Notes: generated from the sequence alone by a model not told the origin. Counted from the whole stretch's first letter, positions 13,934-27,900 are shown. The stretch: 57,605 nucleotides of DNA, filler included, from Basidiobolus ranarum (GCA_040143965.1; 3 parts of 3 records of this genome joined end to end with filler, not necessarily neighbours in it); one strand, 5' to 3'. A program made the numbers and translations.

Positions 13934-14443
13934 TTTAGAGCTTGGGTTGTGGATTTCCGAGTGTCGATGACTGAGAATGGGTTATAGAGACTTGACTAAA
14001 GATAACTATTAAACCTCAAAAAAAATTACAAACCAACGAGTGCTATCGAACTTGATTTTTCTCGCAGTTTTCCAGTGATTCTTGTGTATAGTACAACAAT
14101 TTTCTTAGTAAATCTTTTTTTTTATTTCCATTGAAAAATTCCAACTGAATATAGCCATTTTTTTTTTCTTTTACTTTGATTTTCCAAATATCTTTTCACC
14201 GTCACAGATAAATCATTTAGTATTGAACTAGCATTAATCACTTTCCATCCAAACCTTAACTACAATTTTATCTCTAAACATCACTCGAATACTCAACATT
14301 AAACCAATTATCGATTCTTTCTGTTATATCTGAGATTTGACAACAACTTTCACAATTTGCTTATTTTGATCGGTGATTTACTACCTATTTTTCTTGGTGT
14401 TTCCTTTTCATACTTCTCGTTCAACTCGCGAAGAAACCAATAA

Positions 14444-16413
14444 ATGTTTGGGTCGTCATCTACATTTGGTATGTAAAAGATTCTTATCAGACTTGGAGAG
14501 AGATTTAGATACTTCTATACTCGAATAATATTAGAATATTAGTAGAACTAGTTTTGATCACTGACGAAGCTTAGCTAAATGACTAAATCAATGCACTTTT
14601 TCTTTAGGAAACGCGTCATCCACCCCTTCCTTCGGGATGGGTTCCACTTCTACCTCTCAGCCTGCCGCTGGAGGTTTTTCTTTCGGAAACACCAATAATA
14701 CAAATAATAGTACAACTAATACTGGTGCTACGGGTTTCGGTTTCGGAAATACCAACACAGCAACCTCAACTGCTGCTGGAACTACTGGCGGTTTATTTGG
14801 TAGCACTACCACACCTGCCTCTACCGGAAGTACTGGATTTGGTTTTGGTTCAACTGCTAACACTAATACGGGTGGTGGATTATTTGGAAGTTCAACTAAC
14901 ACTAGTCAACCAGCTACCGGTGGTCTTTTCGGAAGCTCAACTAACACTAGTCAACCAGCTGCTGGTGGTCTTTTCGGAAATACTGCTCAAAAACCAACTG
15001 GAACTGGATTATTTGGAAACACTAACACCGGCTCTTCATTATTCTCTAATACTACAACTAATACTGGCTCAGGTGGTTTGTTTGGTTCCAAGCCTGCCGG
15101 AACTACAGGGTTCGGGGCTCCTAGCACCTCTGGTGGATTATTCGGATCCACCCAAAACACAGGCTCTTCACTTTTTGGTAGTTCTAATACTGGTGGTATG
15201 TTTGGTAGCACACAACAACCTGCCCAGCAACAAAATCAACAGCAATTACAATCTTTCCTATGTAAGTCGCAGTGGTCACCTATTTTTACTGGATTTCATC
15301 GATATTGAACCCTATACTTACTTATATTTAGCCCTTCAACGTCCAGTCCCTACTACATGGGAAAATATTGCTCTAATGAAGGAGTCGTGGGATCCACAAT
15401 CACCATTGTGTTTATTTAAAGTAAGCTTTGTTGTATTTGGTTTCAACCTGAAAATCCATTGATTTATCCCCTTTTACTGTAGCATTATTTTTATAACCTG
15501 GTGCATCCTAGTGAGGTCCATCTTTATCAAAGACCTGCTAATCAGGATGAAACTCTTTGGAATGAAGCTCAGAAAGCAAACCCCAATCCAAAATGGTAAA
15601 TTAGGATTCATTCATTCTAGTAGAACACAATATCACTTTACTAAACAAAATACGTAGCATGGTCCCAGTACTTGCAGTTGGATTCGATGATATCAAGAAG
15701 AGAACAGAACAACAAGAGATGCAAGCACTCGCTCATAAAACCAAACTTGAGGTGATATTGGAATTCTAATCATCACATATTATGCTTTCCTTAACCATAG
15801 TTCTTGACTTTTTTTTCACAGGAAATCTCCGATAAACTCAAGAAACTTCAGGAAAAACATTCTTTGGACACTTCAACTAAAATGAAGGAATACAAACGTC
15901 GTCATATGGATTTGGCCCACCGTGTTCTCCAAGTACGTAGTTTTTCTGGACTTTTTTTCGTAGAGAGATTCTTATTGACTGTAATTTGGAATTTTTAGCT
16001 TATGAAGCAGGTTCAAGTCTTACGTAATAAGGGATACTCTATTAGACCAGAGGAAGAGGCACTGAAGACTAGATTAGAAAACCTTCATTTAGAGTTGCGT
16101 AAACCTTCACAATATAGATCTAGATTGAACGAGCTCTGGAGTCAAGTCCAGATGCTAAAGAATACCAGAAGAAGCAACTCTAGAGGAAACTGGGAGTTCG
16201 AAGTTAGCGATGAAGAGCAACTGGCTATCATTCAAAAGGTACAGGCTCATATTTACTTGTATTACATTTGAATATCTCATCTCATTTCGTTTTATCAAGG
16301 TTCTCGCTGAACAACAATCTGGTTTGGCACATGTCATGGAAGTCTTACAAAAAGATATAAAAGATGTGGCTATCATCACTCGCTCTTTGTCAGAAGGAAA
16401 TAGCTCCGCATAG
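14444..16413 (+). CDS. NUP57: FG/GLFG nucleoporin Nup57/Nup54/Nup44, multi-exon
   Basis: Many GLFG/GFGFG repeats, then [61 protein letters not shown]; divergent from UTP7. Confidence 0.88.
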
Positions 16414-18951
16414 ATTCATTTCACTTACTTTTGTTGACTTTTTTCGTTCACATGTCTCTCTCAGTTACACACACAAATTTAGTTTATAGTGACTCTAGAG
16501 ATATCTGTGCCCCTATCCTACCATGATTGTATAAAAATATCTATATATAATATCTAGGAATGTGCAGCATCCAATTTTCATTTTCCTTTCCTTTCATGTT
16601 GGATGTATTTCAGGGTAATCAATATTAGATGAAGGGGTATCATTTGAAGGGAATAAATACGGGACGAAGGGGCATGGATAACACCAATAATGACTTCTCT
16701 TTTCTACTGAGAGGTAAACAATATTCGATGTAGCTGTTCGTCCTTAGTATTCAAAATTTGGTGATGAATATGTGGAAATACTATCATTAACCACCTATTT
16801 CCCCAATAATAAGCGTATTAACTGGATATGCCTCATATTTGCTCAAACGAGAAATACGCGTAGATACATATGATTCTTCCTCAAATAATGTTCAACACCC
16901 TAAGTACATCTCTCATTGATGCATATGTAGCTTTGAAATTTGAAATTATATTGCTTTTAAAATAAGAATCTATGAATTTCCGACCCTCTTGCTTCCGTAG
17001 GAAATTTGGAAACAAGAAAGGGTGCTAAGATATTCTTTTCGTCTACGCTTATGTTGACGCTCTTGAACTACAAGTAGTAACAAGCCTATGGTGCTTAGAG
17101 GCTTATGAGCAACACGGAATATAAGCGGTGCCGCACGATACCTTTTCATCAACCAAGTGTATTCTATTTGTATTGATCGGTTCAAATATGGGAAACTCCC
17201 AAATTGATATTTGTCGTTAGTTTTTTCATTGATCCTGAATAATATCACCTATTAATCAGCTTCATGATTTCTGTTAGTGCGGGTAGGATCAGGAATGATA
17301 ATCCCATTCAAGTTACGAGTTTGGATCACTTGATTGGATTACCCATCGATCACTTTTACTCTTTTTGTAGGTGTCACAATAATTTGGCACAGTAATGAGA
17401 GATCATCAACGATAGGAATTATTGTGAGCCTATACGAATGATTACCGAAGATGGCCAAGTAATAACAATAAACGTTGCTGTTACAACAAATGACTTTACA
17501 TTCAAAGCTATAGAAAATGCGAACCCAATGACGAAGTTGTCTCAAGGATAAACTTTGATCGTGTATAGATAGGGTAGTGATGAGACACCAGCTGAATACA
17601 GAAAAGTTGGAGAAATATACTTAAGCATGTGGTCTTTCAGAGATTTTCACTCTATAAACCTACATACTCTATTAAGAAATTAGTTTGTATTGGCGGGATA
17701 TCATATCATATCTTAGAGTATGTCGAGAGAGGAAAATGCTGATAAACATTTGGTGATAAATCTCTTTCTATAATTGCTATTAACACCATATTTGTCACTG
17801 CCCCCACTTTCACCATATTGATATTTTTGGTTATTAACTTCTGACTCACACCCTTTGCCAACACTATTAGGGTGTTCGCCTTCACGACAACCTTCATTGG
17901 TGCCACTGGTATAGCTTAGTTTACTGGCAGCAGAGCTTATTTTAATACCCTCCAGAATTGCAGTTTTCACTATCAGTACCATTCCTATGATCACTTGATT
18001 CGTGGTAACTAATATGGTCAGCACTTCTGTTACTCTCGTATTTCTGGGCTATCTATATCATAAGTATCATTGTGTTGGTAAACCGAGCTGGCCTCCAGAG
18101 TACCACCAGATCAACAGCAAGTCAAGAGGTTACCTAAATTAGTATTTTAACCTCGGTATCACAGGAAGGGGTTAACTATTACCTCTTGTTCATCACTTTC
18201 CATATTATCTAAATCCTTTGTCTCCTGCAGTGTACCATACAGCTTTATTTTTAGCAAATCCAGGATTTCAATTTTTTTACTATGTCATCAATTTGTGGCT
18301 TGAAAATTCATTTGGATATTCCCATATTACTGAAGTTTTGAAGTTGATCATTAACATTTCCAAACCGGGCGTACAAAACATCACAAGTTGACTTTAGTTT
18401 GTTTCCAGTTTAGGAAATGTATGTACTATATTTGATTATGATTCACCTTAGTATGGTAATATAGGTCTCTATTTGTATAAATGGCCTATAATGATTACGC
18501 CGAGTCTCAGTGTTGAAACTTTTCAAATGATATGATATTACCGGGTGGTAGCTGAATGTAAGATTAGCCATCCTACACCATCTCGTATTATTGTTAATGA
18601 TCTACAAATGGAAGGTAGACTGTATAAAGAAACTGACTCACGAAATAGTTGGCGGTTAATTCCGCTCATGAGTTTAGAGGGTTTGATGGCAATGTACAGA
18701 ATTCCAAAGGGTTTGAGTTCAGCTAACCGTTCGAATTGGTATTCTAACGTTGTAGGTTTAATGGATTGGTCAGTTGTATTGGCAAAAGTGGATTGATTGG
18801 GGTTTTCAAAATGTTGATTAAATTTGATTAGGCGAAGAGCTTGGTTCGTTTTCTCCGCTACATTATTTCCCCACTATTGGCGAGGTGGGTGACATAGAGA
18901 AGTATATAAGCAGTTGGAGGGCACTAAGATATGCCATTGAAATTTACAACC

Positions 18952-19201
18952 ATGAAGTTCTCCATCTTTCATTTCTATTTTGCTCTTGTCGTATTCGTTC
19001 AGGTTGTTCTCTCTTTTGATGGCAACAGACTCTTAGCGTTAGTGAATCAGGAGCGTCAGAAGATGGGAATCCCAGGCTTGACTATTGACCCCAGACTCAC
19101 CCTGGCCGCTGAAAGACACAATCTCTATCAAGTGGCCATCCAAAAAATGACCCATGATGAGCCCAACAGATCACTAGAGCAACGGATCGCTGAAGCTGGG
19201 T
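18952..19201 (+). CDS. Secreted CAP/SCP-domain protein (YkwD-like subtype), truncated by gap
   Basis: Signal peptide, then LLALVNQERQKMGIPGLTIDPRLTLAAERH...MTH...RIAEAG; TATATAAG at 18903. Confidence 0.8.
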
Positions 19202-19301
19202 NNNNNNNNNNNNNNNNNNNNNNNNNNNNNNNNNNNNNNNNNNNNTTAATTAATTAANNNNNNNNNNNNNNNNNNNNNNNNNNNNNNNNNNNNNNNNNNN
19301 N
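19202..19301. other. Artificial 100-bp contig spacer with six-frame-stop core TTAATTAATTAA (19246-19257)
   Basis: N-run/TTAATTAATTAA/N-run; genes on both sides are truncated. Confidence 0.95.
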
Positions 19302-19585
19302 CTATTTCTACCTTCTTGCTCTCTACTCGTCTCCCGGCCACCTCTATAATAATCGCGATCACGCATCATCTCACGATCTCTATCTCTGTCTCGTTCACGA
19401 TCGCTATACCTTCGGTCCCGTTCCCGGTATCGATCTCGTTCGCGATCATACCCATAGGGTTCACCAGTGTAAGAATATGATCGAGAGGCGTAATATCTGG
19501 AAAAATTTGGATTATGTCCTGAGGAATTATGGGAGGGTGAAGTATATCTTCTCTCTGGATGATAACTATCTCCACCACGATCCAT
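19302..19585 (-). CDS. N-terminal RD/RE-rich region of a probable nuclear or RNA-processing protein, truncated by gap
   Basis: MDRGGDSYHPERRY...DRERDRYRERDRRYSDRERDRDRDRE mixed-charge repeats. Confidence 0.65.
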
Positions 19586-20240
19586 GTACGTAACTTATTT
19601 GATAAAAAAAGCTTTTAAAAAGTTGAGACAATACTAAAGGGTGACCAGATTGTAGAAAAATAGAAAACTATTTCTCACCAAGAAAATTCACAAAGTAACA
19701 GCGAAGAGAAAGTGAGAAGAGAAAGAGAATTGGGATAGATTATTAACATAGTGTAGAGTTATGGAAATCCATGAATCCTGAGGCATTAAGAGTTTGATGT
19801 GGGCCCAAAATTGGTCATTTGTAGATTCAAAGATTGTTTCACTCTAACCCCCCTCCCTTTTACTCAAAACCCAGATCAAAATTGTAAGCTCAATGTATGC
19901 TCAATTCAAGTCATGTTACTCTAGCTGATTCCAAAATTATCCCCATCTCCGCTCACTTTGTATTGTTTATAAAAATATTCGCAAATGACTTTAAATAAAT
20001 TGCTTTAATATGTTCATTCATTCCACTGCTGGAGACGGATAACAAGTGTCGTCAAAATAGAACGAAGTCCAGCGGATTCGTACGAATATTAGTATCGTCT
20101 TTAGTATGAAAAGGACACCCGGTAAGGTTGACGAACAGACAGGATTAGGGTAAATCGATTGGTTTTATTGACAGAAAACCCCAATGCAATTCTTATAAAA
20201 GTACACGAAGAATCCAAAAGAACTGCCGTTTATTGCTGTT

Positions 20241-20570
20241 CTAGAGAATGTCGGGATCACCGATATCAAGGATTGAGAGAACACCGCCACGAAAGTATTT
20301 AACACAGGCGGGATCGAATTCAATGTGGCTTCCGGAATAATGGTGAATATCAGTTTTTGAGAGCATCACGGCTAGATGTCAGACTTTCTTAGAGGGTAAT
20401 TGCTAGAAAGGAACACGATCTTGCTCCATAACAGATTGCTTTGAAAGTACATCATGTCAAAGTAAGATGGGAGATAATAGATTTAACCAACTCCTTCTAT
20501 AAATCGAAGGTGATAAAGATCAACTTGTCGGTTTGCACTCCAACGTAGGATATTTGACACTTAGGGCCAT
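20241..20570 (-). pseudogene. RPL30: 60S ribosomal protein eL30 (RPL30) unprocessed pseudogene
   Basis: Manual translation of pieces: MAL / intron / KELVKSIISHLTLT* / TFKAICYG / SKIVFLSSNYPLRKSDI* / MLSKTDIHHYSGSHIEFDPACVKYFRGGVLSILDIGDPDIL*, collinear with eL30, with stops and frameshifts. Confidence 0.85.
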
Positions 20571-21611
20571 GTTGTAGGAGCGTTCAGAATAATTGTGTTT
20601 GAAGGGGAAATCAATATCAGATTTGATTAAAATTCAATCAAATCAAAATAGCAGGAAGGCAATCATTACCGGCAGTAGCAGTTGAAAGACCAAGTGAAAG
20701 AGAAGGAAAGAAACATTTTAAAATCCTCCTTTTTTTCCATAATTAGGTGCTTTGATCAGAATATTTGGTGATTGGTTAAGCTGAATTTGATTCTTGATCT
20801 CGAAAATTTTGCCACTAAAAAAATCAGAGGCCGTGACCCTACGTGGCTCTAACCGTGTATACATTACCGTGTATACATTACATAAAAAAATTGGATTTTG
20901 TTCCTGAGTTATCGTACAAAACTTGTTGGGTTTTCTTGTGATCCTTCTTACTCCTTGAACATGAATCGTGCTCCTTCTGATGAGCTTCGATAGATTGGTG
21001 ATTGACAACTAAAAGGAGAGATGAAAGTAAAATCCATAGGTATCAATTGATAGAAATATGGATAGTCCCTGCTGGGTTAGGCCACTCTGAACTTTGGACA
21101 CAAGATGTTCAAACGTTTGTTTGAGTTGGTGCTTAGTAACGGGGACCGACATCTTGATTATAATATTGCATATACCTTCGCTCTTTAGCACCTTATCGCT
21201 AGCAAATTCATTTAAGCCACATAATAGACTTCTCACCACACAAATTTTAGTAGTATTTCCGACAAACATATTAGTTGTAATGGTGATTCTGTCAATGGTG
21301 GACAAGTATCTTTAATTCAAGATATAGCCAGGATCACTAAACCATTTATGGACGTAATGGGTATGGTACAAAGACTGATGCTCTTTGCTTCCCTTAAAGT
21401 TAGAGTACAGATATAAATAAGACCCATAGCCAATATACCCAATTCCCTCTGATTGACAAAGATAACTCATTTATAAATCCATTTACAATGGGAAAGAACA
21501 CCATGAATATTGGTGAAAGTGATCTAGAATCCAAGAAAGCCATCCTAGAAATATAGAGAATTTCTTTTTCACGATTTCAAATTAAACTTTGATGCAAATA
21601 ATCTTTACTCA

Positions 21612-22600
21612 ATGGAATCTAAACTTAAATGGACATTTGCTAAAAATAGTGAATATTAATTTACTAACCATTTGGTAGGTTCTGCCTTGTTTGATAGAAA
21701 AGTTATGTCTTCAACTATCGAACTAGTCGTTTCTCATTGCGAAGAAAAATTTCACTTGGTAGAAGAAGCCTACGAAGAAGTATTTGAATTATATACAGAA
21801 GGGCTGAGCAATGATAAATGGACCCACAACCAATTTGCTCAACCTAAACTGGACGAAATAGAGGTGGAATTAGAAAGTATTCTCGGTTTGCATCTCTTCA
21901 TAATATAAAGTTATCCTTTCATTTACCTTTTTTTATTCACCTTTTAGTCGACAATAAAACAGTCACCTTGAACTTTCTTCAAAATCCTACCATTCAAACC
22001 TCCAAAGGAATAACAGGCGCGATTATTTGGGATTCTAGCATATGTCTGTCCAATTTCTTGTGCAAAAATTCTGACTGGTTAGGACTGAGGAAAGGGAAGT
22101 ATTGTCTGGAGTTAGGTTCTGGTTGTGGTTTAACCGGACTGACCTGTTATCATTTGGGTAGTAGTATTCACTTTACAGACCAAGAAGTCATGTTGAAATA
22201 CCTGGAAAAAAACGTAAAGACAAATACGAATAAACAAGTGAAAGAGAAACTACCCAAACACAGGAGAGAGGAGGTCTATACACCTGAAGTTGAACTCTCA
22301 GAGTTGATGTGGGGAGAAAAACTGCCAAAGGAGATAAGCGAACAGCATATTGATTGTGTTCTCGCGAGTGACTGTGTTTATAATGAATACATTGTACCTA
22401 AACTAATTAGCACATTCAAAGATATTTCTACTCCTAAGACTTTATTTATTATTGCCCAAGAATTACGTTCGGATTCAGTTCATTTGTTATTTTTAGAGGA
22501 ATTGTTGCAAGACTTTATCGTCTATCGTGCTGTCCAACAAGGTAAATTCGCATCTTCCTGTGTAGTCATTTATTTGGCATGGAGGAAAGATGAAGAATGA
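21612..22600 (+). CDS. Seven-beta-strand protein lysine methyltransferase (METTL21 family, Rkm5-like), 3 exons
   Basis: EEVFELYT, GITGAIIWD, CLELGSGCGLTG, FTDQ, ELMWG, ASDCVYNE, AQELRS; short first exon 21612-21648 with TACTAAC branch point at 21662. Confidence 0.85.
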
Positions 22601-22698
22601 ACCGACCCGCATACATTCAACCACAATAAATAATAGAGGGTGGCCTACAGCTACAGAAATTTTATTTACGGTGATTGTTATAGATAATATTGCAATAC

Positions 22699-24358
22699 TT
22701 ACACATCATAAGTAATCATACGTGGGAAGCTTACTGGCTGGGGAAGCCTATATTCAGCTACATTTACCTGGAAGCTAGGGCCTACGGGGTTTTCGATTGA
22801 TCCAGGTACAAAAATAAAATGCCCCTTCATTGAATAGACTTTATCGATGGTGTTAGGGCTGTCAGCGCAGATCGAGCAATATTCGAAGCTGGGTGTAGAT
22901 CCTATCGAAACATAGAATGATGAGATGCATGAATACGAGATCGTCAAAATCGCTGCTTACTGCTCAATAAAGGATATTCTCCTATAACTAATTAGGTGCG
23001 AGTGATTAGTATAGGTGATGAAGGGTAAGTCAATGTGAGTTAGAGCTACGAGGCTTTCACATACCAGCTTCTCCTTCCACCTCGTCTATATTACCACTCT
23101 CAAAGCGAATCAACCAGTACCGGCTAACCAATTGACATGATGGATAGCCCAGAGCGGAAGGACTTAGCAAATTCATCCGAATCCGATAGATGAATTGTGT
23201 ATAGGGGCGCTGAGATTCACTAGCGTATATGGCAGAGGCTTGGACCTCGATCCCTAACCGCTCGTTAGCCATGTCAGCTATACCTAAGCTTTGATTCAGA
23301 AGTACCTTTTGTGACTGCTCGACTGGTTCCTAGTCCCTCATTGGGGAACATGAGAATCTGTTTCTGTGGGGTTAAGCTGAATACGCCCATCTCAAGATTG
23401 TCCACGTACTCCTCAATAAAATCCATAAACACTCCCTTGTCCTGATACTTGTAAGTGATTTCGTCAAACTCAATAACATGATGTAACAGTTCCAACTCGA
23501 AGGTGGGTGGACAATTCACTACTAAGGCTAGACTCTTCCCAGTGTATCGACACCATCCAAACACTCTGGAAATGTGTATGAGTTCTCCATATATAAACCC
23601 TATGACCAACAAAGAAAACCTACACAACTTCAAGTGACCATATCTCGAACTTTCGCAGATGTCTATTTGGCAAAGATATAAGTCATTGGATTCTTCTGCC
23701 CATTCTTGTACAGGTGGAACTAACGCTTACATCGAAGATATCCACAATAGGCAACAAAAGATACCTGTGATTTATATTAGCAACTAAATATATGGGCTAT
23801 AGTGGAAATCATCCAATTACCGTAACAATGATATACTCCAAAAAGCCCACCAGTATATCCTCTTTCACCGTCGTGAAGATGGTACCATAGTTCAAATTCT
23901 TTTGGAAAATTGATTGTTTCATTCTCTAGAGATTTAAATAGTGGCTTCTTCCACTCCAAAGGTGGAGCCAAGGTTGCAAAAAGCTGTGGTGCATATTTTT
24001 GCAACCATTTCTCTAATCTGCGCATACATCTTTTGACTTTGGGATAAGCATCGGTATATCCTACATAAATCTCTCGAAATCTTTGGTATGTTTCGCGATG
24101 AGTTTTAGGAGTTGGGGTAAAGATTGTGGCAGTAATCTCCGATCTTTTACAGTGATGAGACCATAAAGTGTCGGCAATACTTGCTTGGTACCATTGTTTA
24201 CAGGTCTGTCAGAAAAAAGATAAAGCTTGAGACCTAAGAAAAAGAGAAATAAACTAGGCCTAACGACTTACTAATCCGCATGCCGTTAGTTCTTCTGGTA
24301 GCTGTAGGTATTTAAAGATCAGAGTAAGAACATCTTGTGGAAAGTTTTGTGGATTCAT
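22699..24358 (-). CDS. F-box + SMI1/KNR4(SUKH)-like + ApaG protein (FBXO3/SKIP16-like), multi-exon
   Basis: N-terminal FPQDVLTLIFKYL...CGL|TCKQWYQ F-box; RRLEKWL...FPKEFELWYHLHDGE; ApaG: FIYRIRM...CQLVSRYWLI...VIGEYP...FEYCS...MKGHFIFVPG. Confidence 0.82.
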
Positions 24359-24979
24359 AGCTTCTAAGACCGGAAATAAGGTCAAAGGATTGCGAATGAA
24401 AATGGGTTTCTCGTTCTCATGCAATCTGGATTGATTTACATCTACCTACTATCTGGTATTGGATGTAAGTTACGTAGTATTCATTACCATCTGTTCATTT
24501 ACGCTATATTCCCCAGTTTTCCGTTCTCCTCCGCTCAATGAAATTGGTTAGGACTGAAGTACAACGTGGAAATAGATTTTGTGCTGACATAATAGGTGCT
24601 AGCTGCTAGTAGCACTAGCCTAGTCCTACTCATCTTCCATTTGTCCGTATCAGAAACCTGTACCAGGTTATTAGCTCATTGTAGCTTTAAATGAATATAT
24701 GCTATGATGTCATGAGATTCATCGATCAATGGATATAACAATAATCGTCACGTCCGATGCTTTTAAAGCATATATCTAAGTTTGACCCATAAAAGGACAT
24801 GAAAGGATATGTATGGGCAGTAATACCAGGAAATTATTTACTACAACTTCATCCTGCCAATCAAGTGAATACATTATATCATTATCTTTCAACAATCGGT
24901 TCATGCGATATCACGAGAAAACTCAAAGTGGAGGGTTAGAGGGATCCATAATATAAATTATTGCTGCTCAAACTGCTTA

Positions 24980-27900
24980 ATGTTGTTAACAACACATCCA
25001 AAAGGTATGTCCTTGGAGACGGTTACAAAGCCATTACCCGTCTCACTAGAGGAGTATTTGAACTGTGTATCAACGCCTACTTTTGTCCTTGAGTTTCTTC
25101 AACAACCCTTAATAAATTCTCTAACGCCAGTTCTACATGCCAACACTACAATAAAAAATTTATGCGGGATAGACCAGTGCTATACGAGTGACCCGTATAT
25201 AAATTTACAGCAACTCATCGCTCAGCAAGATATACCAGACTTTGGTAATTGGATTCGCCAAATATCTTGCGACGCAAACACAAAACCAATCATAACACAC
25301 CTCAAAACGCGGACCAGTTCATATATCGAGCCTAATATAACGCAAGAAAATACAAAAAATCTCCTTAATGTTGGCTCACCGGTGGAATGGACCTCAACCT
25401 GTGTTCAAAATTCCATTATAGTTCTTAGCGGAACTTTACTTGAAACTCTTCCGATGGAAGACGACTCACTAGGTCCAAATTCAGAAGTCTCCACCATCAC
25501 TCTTCATGAAGACAAACAAAAGGAGTATGAGGATACAAGCTGGAAGAACAGCTCGGAGGTACACAGAATATTACCCATGTTGGCTTATACACATATTTTA
25601 ACATTCACTTCCTATTAGCTTGTTGATTCATTATCGGGTGGAGGTGCTATGGGTGAATACTTAAGAAACTACAATTGGAAAGATACCTGTCTAGGGCCTA
25701 TTTCCCAATGGCCTCAATCTTTACTTACTGCCGTGTCGATATGTTTAACTTCATCATTTCCTATGTCCTTGTGGTGGGGGCCCAAATTTATTTTGATATA
25801 GTAAGTGGGATTCAAACGATTATCAACGCATTTTGTTTACCAAGAACTCACTGATTCTTACAGTAATGATGCATATCGCGTAGTTGCTGGTAAAAAGCAT
25901 CCCTGGCTTTTTGGCAAAGAAGGGGCGGTAGGTTGGAACGAGCTCTGGCCAGGCTTGGAGCTATTAGCACAATGTGGAATGAGAGGAGAGAATTGTTACC
26001 TAAAGGACGATTTGCTATTGATGTTCAGGAATGGATATACAGAGGAGACGTACTACACGGTACGTGTCATTATTTGTTCATGTTCAACTGTGAAGTACTC
26101 TTATTTAGTCATCTCATTCTTATTCAGTGGTCATATATACCTATAAAACAAGAAGACGGCTCTGTAGGAGGTCTATTAAACCCATCAACGGAAAGCACAA
26201 ATCAAGTTATCTCAGAGCGGCGATTGAAAACATTACGAGACCTTAGTTCTATGACTGCAGGTGCCAAGTGCTGCCATGAAGTTTTCCACCTAATAGGCAA
26301 TTCTCTTTTGGGTAATCCTTACGACATTCCGTTTGCCCTCTTTTATTCTGGCATTGGTTATAAGGTGACGGAGAAAGAAGACAATTTGCCTGAAGACGGG
26401 ACTCTCAAGTTCGAGCTCGTTGAGAAAGTTGGATTCGTAACAGATCATGCTGCCGCACCAAAAGAAATACTTTTATCAGAGTCCGATTACGGACATCCTT
26501 GGAAAGAGTATATCCGTGAAGCCATAGCAAGGAAAACAATCATTCCAATATACGATATTGAGGAGATGTTCGTTAATTTGCCCGCAAGAGGTTGGGATGA
26601 GCCTCCAACCATGGCTGTCGCTTGTCCAATTGTTGGTAGTGACCAAGAAAGCGTGTTGGGTGTCGCGATTGTAGGGCTCAATCCGAAAAGACCTTACGAC
26701 GAAGATTATAGGTACGGTTTGAGGAATAACTAGTTCCTGTAATCGTAGTTTCTTCATATTAACCCATATTTCTAAAAGAACTTTCATAGAGTTACTATCT
26801 CGTCAATCTGGAACTGCCTTAGCTACTGTCCGTGCTTATGAACAGCAGGTAGAGCGGGCTGAGGCACTTGCAGCCATAGATCGGGCCAAAACCACATTCT
26901 TTAGTTCGGTCTCACATGAGCTTCGAACACCGTTGGCATTGATCCTCGGGCCAATCCAAGAGATGCTATCCGATAAAAGTATTTCTTCGGTGCAAAAAGC
27001 CAATTTAGATATGATGCTTCGAAACTCAAAGCGATTATTGAAACTCGTAAATTCGTTGTTGGATTTTAGCCGCATAGAAGCAGGAAGAGTACAGGTTAGA
27101 ACACACTATTCATTTCGTTGCCTTGTTCCTGTATTTAAGCAGCTGATTCCCCCCATCTGATAGGCAACATACCGAGAGACCGATCTCGGTAAAGTTACAG
27201 CCGATCTGGCTAGTGTTTTCCGTTCCGCCATTGAAAAGGGTGGCTTGGAGTTCGAGGTTAAATGCAATGAGAATGAAAGGCCAGTATGGGTGGATATTGA
27301 GATGTGGGAAAAAATCGTCTTCAACTTAATTGGGTAAGCATTCCCTACCTTATCTTCGGTCATAGCAAACATCACTTAATCCATATACATACAGCAATGC
27401 CTTCAAATTCACATTAAAGGGGTCTATCCGAGTAAACCTACGTCCCTCTCCTGATCGTACCTGTGCTATACTGACTGTCTCCGATACAGGCAGTGGCATC
27501 CCATCTCATGAAACTACCCGAGTCTTTGATCGATTTTATCGAGCGGAGGGACAGAGGGGCCGAAGTCACGAAGGAACCGGAATTGGCTTATCTCTGACAC
27601 AAGAATTGGTGAGACTACATGGGGGTACTATTGAGCTCGAGAGTCAGTTTGGTATCGGAAGGTTAGCGTTTGTTAAATTTTCTAATCATTGCGTGGACAT
27701 TATTTTAATACGTACCTTGTTTGTTGGGCAATAAGCTCCTTTATTGTTTCTATTCCCTATGGATCTGCGCATTTGCCCCAAGAACTACTTCTAGAGAGTG
27801 CAATGGAGTCTGATGGGAGCCAGGAAATGACCAATACTTGGGCGTACGGGTTGTCAGTAGTCGAAGAGGCTCGTTTTTGGATGTTCGAAGATAATGAAGA

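Noticed and set aside
14657..15462. Overlapping Val/Leu/Pro-rich ORFs (14657-14902, 14725-15462, 14987-15211)
   Set aside because: Alternate-frame and antisense shadows of the GLFG repeat exon
16970..18800. Short ORFs and hydrophilic segments, possibly a decayed gene
   Set aside because: No recognisable motif in any frame I translated; cannot support a call
19246..19257. TTAATTAATTAA as a biological palindrome or piggyBac TTAA site
   Set aside because: Sits in the middle of N-runs in both gaps; an assembly linker
20718..21305. Two consecutive same-frame minus-strand ORFs separated by one stop (possible readthrough)
   Set aside because: No identifiable homology and non-ATG starts; likely chance or an unrecognisable relic
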